Source: Eubacteriales bacterium (GTDB taxonomy: Bacteria > Bacillota > Clostridia > Oscillospirales > SIG627). From it: a DNA stretch of 64,000 nt. A program made the position numbers and the translations under genes. Positions 58,101 to 64,000 of this stretch are shown here, in pieces. Under the pieces are notes generated by a model. The model ran no database searches and was not told where the DNA came from. It saw only the letters and a program-made list of their open reading frames with translations. The stretch is from positions 3,065 through 67,064 of the forward strand of contig JAZQUE010000074.1 of the NCBI GenBank assembly GCA_045631145.1, read 5' to 3'. Positions within the stretch are counted from its first letter, which is position 1. Every line of letters starts with the position of its first letter.

Positions 58101-58982
58101 TTACTTTTGATTGTCGATGATTTCGCCCGTTTCGGGGTTCACGTTGGCGGGAACATTGCCTGTTGCCTGTGCAATAGCCTTTGTCGCCTTATCCTGTGCC
58201 GAGGTCGTTTTCTTCTTCGCTTCGGCTTCCTTTTTGGCTTCAAGGGCGGGTTTCACGAAACATTCCTGTACGGTTGTCGTTCCCTCCTTAATGGCGTTCC
58301 AAGTGGCTCTCAATTCAAAGAGGGCTTCCTTGTCGATGTCCGCTACACTGTTCTTGCCGAGATACTCCAAGAGCATTTTTTCTGTTACGCCTGATTTAGC
58401 GAAATTGGCGATACAGTTCTGACGGGCTGTCTCGATGTCGATTGCCTGTCCGAGGGCGACCTGTTTAACGTCGTTGATAACACGCTTTGTCACAGCCTTT
58501 GGGATAACAGCCAACACGGCGTTTCGGAAAGCGATTGAAGCGGCGGCGTTGCCTGTAACAACCTGCATATCCTCGCTGTACGTTCTTCCGTTCTTGTCAG
58601 TGATACGGCGTTTCACTTCCTTGCTTACGGCGAAGTTGGTTTCAAGGTCGTGGCAGATAGCCTGTGCGGTTATCATTCGTCCGTCGTTGCCGATGATACG
58701 GGTTTGCACTCGGAGGTTACCCCAAGCCCCTGCGATGATTTCAGCCATACGAACCGATAAGCCCTCAATGACACTGTCCTGTCCGTTCTGTCCCTTGCGG
58801 CGGAGAACATAAAAACAGTCCTCGGCGGTTTCCCTATCCATAGTGGCGTAGGTTGCAATCTTATTCAGAGTTGCGTTCAGATCACGTGGATACTGCTTTG
58901 CGGTCGAGATTTGAATGTCCACTTCCGCACGGTTGATTGCTTGCAGCATATCAGCCTGTTTGATTTCGATAATGTCGTTCAT
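58101..58982 (-). CDS. ssDNA-annealing recombinase-like (RecT/Erf-type role)
   Basis: Paired with YqaJ exonuclease; MAEIIAGAWGNLRVQTRIIGNDGRMITAQAICHDLETNFAV; start MNDIIEIK at 58982. Confidence 0.65.
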   Translation of the reverse strand: MNDIIEIKQADMLQAINRAEVDIQISTAKQYPRDLNATLNKIATYATMDRETAEDCFYVLRRKGQNGQDSVIEGLSVRMAEIIAGAWGNLRVQTRIIGNDGRMITAQAICHDLETNFAVSKEVKRRITDKNGRTYSEDMQVVTGNAAASIAFRNAVLAVIPKAVTKRVINDVKQVALGQAIDIETARQNCIANFAKSGVTEKMLLEYLGKNSVADIDKEALFELRATWNAIKEGTTTVQECFVKPALEAKKEAEAKKKTTSAQDKATKAIAQATGNVPANVNPETGEIIDNQK

Positions 58983-58989
58983 ACTGTTA

Positions 58990-59241
58990 TTATTGATTAT
59001 TGCCCTCTGACAGCTTCGGGCTTTGCTTTTCGTGATAGTAAACTTTGTATTTTCGTCCGTCGGGAGCAACCTCCCAATAGTCCTTGATGTGGAAGCCCTC
59101 GTCACGGAGCGTTGAAATAATCTTTCGGAAATCAATGGTGTGTCCGATTTGGTTGCCTGTGTACGTTGTCAGGCGTTCGCCCCTTTCAAGTGCCGCCCTG
59201 ATGAGCTGCTTAGGCGATGTTTGCGGGTTCTGATTTCGCAT
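58990..59241 (-). CDS. small winged-helix-like DNA-binding protein
   Basis: LTTYTGNQIGHTIDFRKIISTLRDEGFHI. Confidence 0.5.
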   Translation of the reverse strand: MRNQNPQTSPKQLIRAALERGERLTTYTGNQIGHTIDFRKIISTLRDEGFHIKDYWEVAPDGRKYKVYYHEKQSPKLSEGNNQ

Positions 59242-59246
59242 AGCTG

Positions 59247-59540
59247 TTACTTTTTATGAGTTGATACATAGGTCGAAGCCTTGCTTCTTATTTCCTTGTC
59301 TGTTTTTACCTCCCGTTCCAACATCCACTCCTCGAGTTCCTGTTTCTTGAAATAGAGTTTGCGGTTCTTCTTGTAGTGGGGGATTTGTCGCTTGCTTGTC
59401 AGGTTATACAGGTGGCTCTCGCTGTAGCCTGTGAACACTGCCGCTTCGGAGAGGTCGAGGACGGTTTTTGAACCTATCATCGCCAACTGCTCGATACGGT
59501 CGAGCTTGTCGTTCATTTCTTGAATTGCCTCGTTGCTCAT
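59247..59540 (-). CDS. MerR/excisionase-like helix-turn-helix protein
   Basis: LSEAAVFTGYSESHLYNLTSKRQIPHYKKNRKLYFKKQELEEWM. Confidence 0.8.
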   Translation of the reverse strand: MSNEAIQEMNDKLDRIEQLAMIGSKTVLDLSEAAVFTGYSESHLYNLTSKRQIPHYKKNRKLYFKKQELEEWMLEREVKTDKEIRSKASTYVSTHKK

Positions 59541-59779
59541 ACCTCGTCCTCCTCAATGTCTTTTTTTACACGTTCAGGGAGCAAGTCTTCTGCATACAGC
59601 TTCTTGGCTATGAGATAGCAGATATACAACACGAAGCCCGCCGCAAGTTTCCATAGGAAGAATTGCTCCAAAGGCATTTCGTCACTTTCGCCGCAGAACA
59701 CCATAAATGCGATTGCCCCGACTGTCAGGAGTATTGCGAACAATACCCATTTCCCGATTTCCTTACAGATTGTTTTCAT
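59537..59779 (-). CDS. small membrane protein
   Basis: Two hydrophobic segments (WVLFAILLTVGAIAFMVFC, LAAGFVLYICYLI). Confidence 0.5.
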   Translation of the reverse strand: MKTICKEIGKWVLFAILLTVGAIAFMVFCGESDEMPLEQFFLWKLAAGFVLYICYLIAKKLYAEDLLPERVKKDIEEDEV

Positions 59780-60092
59780 ATTCCAACTGATTTAGTCCGA
59801 TTTTGATAATCTCTTGATACTTTTGCAAGAGGCGTATTAGCCGCCTGTTTTCAGAGTTGAGTGTCCTGTTCGCCTGTTCCAACGCCTTGATGTAGCGTTC
59901 GTCCGTATGTCCGTTCCGTTGAACAGTCACCGTTACCGTTTCAAGGTTGGGGAGGAGTTCTTCGGTTATGGAAACCGTTACCTCGACCTTTCCTTTCCGT
60001 TTCGCTGCCTTGCGTTCCCAATAGCCGTCCTGATACTTTTTGTTGTACAGATACTTCTCGTGGGCGGCTTCAGGGCTCAACCTCTTGCTCAT
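59763..60092 (-). CDS. hypothetical early protein
   Basis: 109-aa ORF overlapping neighbours. Confidence 0.5.
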   Translation of the reverse strand: MSKRLSPEAAHEKYLYNKKYQDGYWERKAAKRKGKVEVTVSITEELLPNLETVTVTVQRNGHTDERYIKALEQANRTLNSENRRLIRLLQKYQEIIKIGLNQLEYENNL

Positions 60093-60325
60093 GCTGTTGC
60101 CTCCTCTCGTTTTAATCGTTCCTCAACCCGCTTGCGGATTGTGTAGATAGTTCCCTCGGAGTTGATACCGTACTTCTTCATCAGGTGCTGATTTACTACG
60201 GTCTTGCTTTGCTCCTTGTCAGCAGTGAGTTCGTTGTACTCATTGTAAATAGCCAAGTCACGTTCCTGTCGTGCCATTTGGCAATCTGTCATTTTTGGAA
60301 TCACCTCTTTCATTTTTATTTTCAA
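60089..60325 (-). CDS. hypothetical early protein, first gene of leftward lytic operon
   Basis: 78-aa ORF, divergent from repressor. Confidence 0.5.
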   Translation of the reverse strand: MKIKMKEVIPKMTDCQMARQERDLAIYNEYNELTADKEQSKTVVNQHLMKKYGINSEGTIYTIRKRVEERLKREEATA

Positions 60326-60400
60326 TTTTACTTATTGGTTTATTTCCGATTTTATTTCCTTTTTCGTATCTTTGTTGCGATATTAAATTGTATCACGGTG

Positions 60401-60443
60401 CAAATATAAACAAAGTTTCGATTATAGAAACAGAAATCGAAAC
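60401..60443. promoter_or_regulatory. candidate lysis/lysogeny control region (promoter + operator)
   Basis: Inverted repeat GTTTCGATT (60415-60423) / AATCGAAAC (60435-60443) between divergent genes; CAAATATA (TAnnTTTG on minus) at 60401-60408. Confidence 0.55.
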
Positions 60444-60477
60444 AAAATTTCGCTCCAAAAATTAAAATAATTTGTAT

Positions 60478-60900
60478 ATGACTGAAAATCAGCGTATTAA
60501 AAAGGCGATAAATTGGTTAATATTTCAAGGTGTCGCAGAAAGCGAAAAAGAGCTTGCAGACCTGTTAGGATATACCAAATCCTCATTTTCGCAGATTGTG
60601 AACGGAAAAGTCCCCTTGTCGGAAAAGTTTGTAAAAAAGCTCTGTGGGCTTGATGAAAATATAAACGAAGTTTGGATTTTACGAGGAGAGGGAGATTTGC
60701 TCAAAAATAACCCGAACGGTTTACAGACGGTTGAAATCTCCCGTGAGGCTTGGAGAATTATACAGTTACAGGCGGAAAGTCTCGCCGCCCGTGATAAACA
60801 GATTGACGAGCTTGTCGGATTGCTGAAAGAACAGCTCCGTGAACAGAAAAAAACAGTTGCCCCGACGGACGGAGCTGCAACCTCTGCCGTTGCAGGGTAA
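60478..60900 (+). CDS. phage repressor-like HTH protein
   Basis: VAESEKELADLLGYTKSSFSQIVNGKVPLSEKFVKKLC; INEVWILRGEGDLL. Confidence 0.75.
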   Translation: MTENQRIKKAINWLIFQGVAESEKELADLLGYTKSSFSQIVNGKVPLSEKFVKKLCGLDENINEVWILRGEGDLLKNNPNGLQTVEISREAWRIIQLQAESLAARDKQIDELVGLLKEQLREQKKTVAPTDGAATSAVAG

Positions 60901-60930
60901 CGCTGTTCGGGAAAACCCCATTATATTGAT

Positions 60931-61413
60931 GTGCCTATGAAAGACAGGTTACAGATGATTATCGATTATAAGACAGGCGGGAAGCAGACCGCATTTGCCA
61001 AACAGCTGGGGTGGACTCCTCAATACCTTGCTAAATTACTGCGAGGAGAGAACTTCGGCATTCAGCCTGTTATTACTTTGCTATCCTCGTTCCCCGAGAT
61101 TGACGCACGTTGGCTGTTGCTCGGAGAGGGGAAGATGTTAGCCAATGAAGCGTACACGGGTATTCGTCAGGGAATGTACGCCCACATACAGGACATTCTC
61201 GAATTGGAAAAATATCTGCCGTATATGCAGCCGAATGAACTACACGAGTTTGAACAGGCTGTGATTACAGGCAAAATCCCTGTTTTTAGCCCCGACACGC
61301 TTTCCAAATGGCAAAGACAGGCAAGCGAACGAGAAAATGAAATAAATGTAAAATTCGCCGTTGCGGGCGGTAAATCAGATATGTTATGCAAACAGCAGAC
61401 AGCCAAAAAGTGA
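60931..61413 (+). CDS. second repressor-like HTH protein
   Basis: GGKQTAFAKQLGWTPQYLAKLLRGENFGIQPVITLLSSFPEIDARWLLLGEGKML. Confidence 0.7.
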   Translation: MPMKDRLQMIIDYKTGGKQTAFAKQLGWTPQYLAKLLRGENFGIQPVITLLSSFPEIDARWLLLGEGKMLANEAYTGIRQGMYAHIQDILELEKYLPYMQPNELHEFEQAVITGKIPVFSPDTLSKWQRQASERENEINVKFAVAGGKSDMLCKQQTAKK

Positions 61414-61655
61414 TTAAGAGGTTTTTCGAGGCAATATACGCCCTGAAAGCTGCGGGAACGATAAGAGGGAAACAAACCTTTACCAATCAGTACGAGATAA
61501 ACCGTTGGAATTTCAACACCCTTGAAAAAGAACCCGAACGGGATATTTTTCAGACAGCTTGGCTGACATATCTTGTGCGTGATTACGGAGTGTCGGCGAC
61601 TTGGCTTCTGACAGGTGTCGGAGATATGTTTGCAAAGAAAAACGGGGCGAAATAA
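61386..61655 (+). CDS. third small repressor-like protein
   Basis: DYGVSATWLLTGVGDMFAK motif shared with the two upstream proteins. Confidence 0.55.
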   Translation: MQTADSQKVIKRFFEAIYALKAAGTIRGKQTFTNQYEINRWNFNTLEKEPERDIFQTAWLTYLVRDYGVSATWLLTGVGDMFAKKNGAK

Positions 61656-61665
61656 GCCCCGTTCG

Positions 61666-62880
61666 TCATTTCTTATCATTGCCTCCATTCAGATCAGGGA
61701 GGATTGTCGGTATTTTCTGCACCGCCGCCTGTTTGTTCTTGTCAAGGACTTTGGCGTATATCTGCGTTGTGGATAGCTCTCGGTGTCCGAGCAGTTTGCT
61801 GACAGTATAGATGTCTGTCCCCAAATCCAACATCATAACGGCAAACGTGTGCCGTCCACAATGGAACGAAATCTTCTTGTCGATACCTGCCCGCAGAACC
61901 CAATTCTGAATAGCCTTGTTGGTACAGTCAGGCGTATAGAGGTCATAGAACACGAGGTCGTCCGACTTGCCACGTTCGCCCATAAACTCAAGAGCCTGTG
62001 GTGTGATGTCGAGATATTCCTGTCCCTGTGTTTTCTTCTGTCGGAAGATGATACGGGTAAATTCCCCCTGTTGATGAACATCGCCCCAACGTAACCGCAC
62101 AACGTCGCTCCGACGCAGTCCTGTCAAGCAAGAGAACAGGAACGCCCGTTTCACACCCGCATACTCACATTCAGTATCGACGAGCTTTCGGAGTTCTTCA
62201 AGTGTCAGGTACATACGTGTTCCCTCCTCAGCCTTGAAGTTCTCCACGCCTCGACAGGGGTTGGTAGGAATTATCCTGTCCTCGAACGCCTGATTTAGAC
62301 AGGCTCGCAGCTTGTTGAAATACGAGAGCTTCGAGTTTCGGGACAGCGGCTTTTCCTTGACACGTTCCCTCTTGTCGTGAGCCCAAGCAATCGCCTTGTT
62401 GTCGAGGTAGTCTTTGAAGCCCTGAACCCATTCGGGCGTAATCTCCGCAAAGGTTATTTTCTCCCGTTTCTCATAAATGCGTAGGTGGTGCAGGCAGGAA
62501 TACCAATTCCCCCAATTACCTCGGCTCTCGGGTGTACCAAGTCGCTTTTCGCACATCATATTGTAATAATCGAAAAACAGGGTGTCAGTCGGGTATTCCG
62601 ACTTGAAACCAAACTCGCCGTTACGAAGCTCTACAATTCGTTTCGCCTTGATAGCTTCTGCGAGTTGCAGGGTTTCTTGGTTCTTCGCCTTGTCGGCTCT
62701 TGTACGCTCGGGAATGAGGTACATTTTCAGATACTCGTATGAACGCTGTCCGTTCAGGTAAATGTCGAGGTACAGAGATATGTTCCCCGTTGGTGTTTTC
62801 CGCTTTCGTAGGCGGATAGGTTCTTTAGATGTTCCCATTGATTTTGTTGCTTTTGTTGTCCGTAACCATTCGAGCAACAA
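61666..62880 (-). CDS. tyrosine recombinase integrase
   Basis: 404 aa; FLFSCLTGLRRSDVVRLRWGDV, HCGRHTFAVMMLDLGTDIYTVSKLLGHRELSTTQIYAKV. Confidence 0.95.
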   Translation of the reverse strand: MLLEWLRTTKATKSMGTSKEPIRLRKRKTPTGNISLYLDIYLNGQRSYEYLKMYLIPERTRADKAKNQETLQLAEAIKAKRIVELRNGEFGFKSEYPTDTLFFDYYNMMCEKRLGTPESRGNWGNWYSCLHHLRIYEKREKITFAEITPEWVQGFKDYLDNKAIAWAHDKRERVKEKPLSRNSKLSYFNKLRACLNQAFEDRIIPTNPCRGVENFKAEEGTRMYLTLEELRKLVDTECEYAGVKRAFLFSCLTGLRRSDVVRLRWGDVHQQGEFTRIIFRQKKTQGQEYLDITPQALEFMGERGKSDDLVFYDLYTPDCTNKAIQNWVLRAGIDKKISFHCGRHTFAVMMLDLGTDIYTVSKLLGHRELSTTQIYAKVLDKNKQAAVQKIPTILPDLNGGNDKK

Positions 62881-62937
62881 AAGTACAACAAAATTGTAAT
62901 AACCTCCAAGTAACTTAAAACAAATTTCATCAAAAAT

Positions 62938-62971
62938 AAAAGCGGCGTAAACCGTTGTGATTTAGCCGCTT
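62938..62971 (-). terminator. element-borne terminator downstream of mnmE
   Basis: AAGCGG..TAAA / TTTA..CCGCTT hairpin followed on minus by TTTATTTTTG. Confidence 0.55.
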
Positions 62972-63025
62972 ATTTGTTATTAGTTACTCCCAATTTACTT
63001 TGAGTTACTATGTCTATTTTGTTGA

Positions 63026-63043
63026 TTATTTCCCGATGCAAAA
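63026..63043. repeat. prophage attachment site within mnmE 3' end
   Basis: TTATTTCCCGATGCAAAA, mnmE stop codon included; near-duplicate at 12497-12514. Confidence 0.8.
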
Positions 63044-64000
63044 ATGCTTAAAAATATTCCCCAAAACATCTTCCACATCAAAAGCACCACCCACAATTTC
63101 AGCCAAATGTGACAAACACTCGCGTAAGTCTTGCGAAACGAAATCGCCGGAGAGGTTCATCAGCAATCCGTCCTGTACACGATGGATGGATTCTAAAGCA
63201 CGCACCAAGGCTTCGTAATGGCGTATGTTGGTGACAATCACATCGTTCTGAGAAATCTCGGGGAGGGCAGCGGTTTCTATCAAGAGGGCTTCCAGCTCGT
63301 CCAGTCCCTTGCGGTTCTTGGCTGAAAGGAAGAGCTTGGGGGCATCCACTTCTTGGAATGATTCATTCAACTCTTCACATCTTTCCGAAGAAACTTTGTC
63401 GCATTTGTTGAACAGAACGATGAGATTCTTTCCTTCGCAATGGGGGAGGATTTCGCTCTTCAAGGCTTCCCAATCCACTTCGCTATCCGAGTCAATCATC
63501 CAGAGCACGATGTCAGCTTGGCTCATCTTCTGGAAGGTGCGCTCGATGCCGATGCTTTCCACCACATCGGTGGTCTGACGGATACCGGCTGTATCGATGA
63601 AACGGAAGGTGATGCCACGAAGGTTAATGGTATCTTCGATCACGTCGCGGGTGGTACCGTGGATATCGCTTACGATGGCTTTTTCTTCGTTCAGAAGGGC
63701 GTTGAGAAGGGTAGACTTACCGGCATTCGTTTCGCCGATAATGGCCACAGGAACCCCGTTCTTGATCGCATTCCCCACATTGAATGAATGGGCCAATCGG
63801 GCGATGACGCGTTCGATTTCATCGGCTATCTGCGAAAGTTCGGTACGGTCGGCAAACTCCAGTTCCTCGTGGTCGCTGAAGTCGAGTTCGAGTTCCATTA
63901 AAGACGTGAGGTGCAATAACTTGTCGCGCAATAGTGACAACTCCTTGCTGAATCCGCCACGCATCTGGTTCATGGCCATCCGGTGGGTTGCTGTTGAGGT
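63026..64000 (-). CDS. mnmE: tRNA modification GTPase MnmE, C-terminal part (5' end outside window)
   Basis: GVPVAIIGETNAGKSTLLNALL, RGITFRFIDTAGIRQTTD, C-terminal FKHFCIGK. Confidence 0.93.
   Translation of the reverse strand, partial: TSTATHRMAMNQMRGGFSKELSLLRDKLLHLTSLMELELDFSDHEELEFADRTELSQIADEIERVIARLAHSFNVGNAIKNGVPVAIIGETNAGKSTLLNALLNEEKAIVSDIHGTTRDVIEDTINLRGITFRFIDTAGIRQTTDVVESIGIERTFQKMSQADIVLWMIDSDSEVDWEALKSEILPHCEGKNLIVLFNKCDKVSSERCEELNESFQEVDAPKLFLSAKNRKGLDELEALLIETAALPEISQNDVIVTNIRHYEALVRALESIHRVQDGLLMNLSGDFVSQDLRECLSHLAEIVGGAFDVEDVLGNIFKHFCIGK

Larger units (their letters stand above)
12497..63043. mobile_element. complete siphovirus-like prophage integrated at mnmE 3' end
   Basis: Integrase next to the mnmE-proximal site, near-duplicated mnmE 3' end at both ends, full replication/packaging/head/tail/lysis complement. 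Confidence 0.88.

Overview
Bacteroidales-type chromosome segment with three parts. (1) 1-11496 (+): a tightly packed, left-truncated operon. It holds two unknown genes, a NERD + SF1 helicase, an 802-aa unknown (possibly DrmE-like), a DrmA-like helicase and a DrmB-like DUF1998 protein. This is a DISARM-related defence locus with unusual composition and no methyltransferase or DrmC visible. (2) About 12.5-63.04 kb: a complete, mostly minus-strand siphovirus-like prophage of about 50.5 kb inserted at the 3' end of mnmE. Both ends carry the last codons of mnmE (18 bp, 17/18 identical). It encodes an integrase, three tandem repressor-like proteins, replication and recombination genes, a metK / ParB-methyltransferase / SpeD-like S-adenosylmethionine cassette, packaging, head and tail genes, and lysis genes. 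It also has a plus-strand cargo island with a good Bacteroides-type promoter. (3) Right edge: the C-terminal part of mnmE. The most notable prophage observations are: a diversity-generating retroelement (DGR) with one TR and two VRs in genes 35 kb apart, one of them an early-region gene; an apparently frameshifted DGR reverse transcriptase; an initiator-type tRNA-fMet inside the tail module; a U_UUU_UUC programmed frameshift in the tail chaperone; a QxE-type ADP-ribosyltransferase-like tail on the minor head protein; a 92-aa AdoMet decarboxylase-like protein; an unexplained nested-stem RNA candidate at 13984-14095; and a repeated palindromic operator-like motif. Family calls come from reading motifs and from context only; no database search was run.
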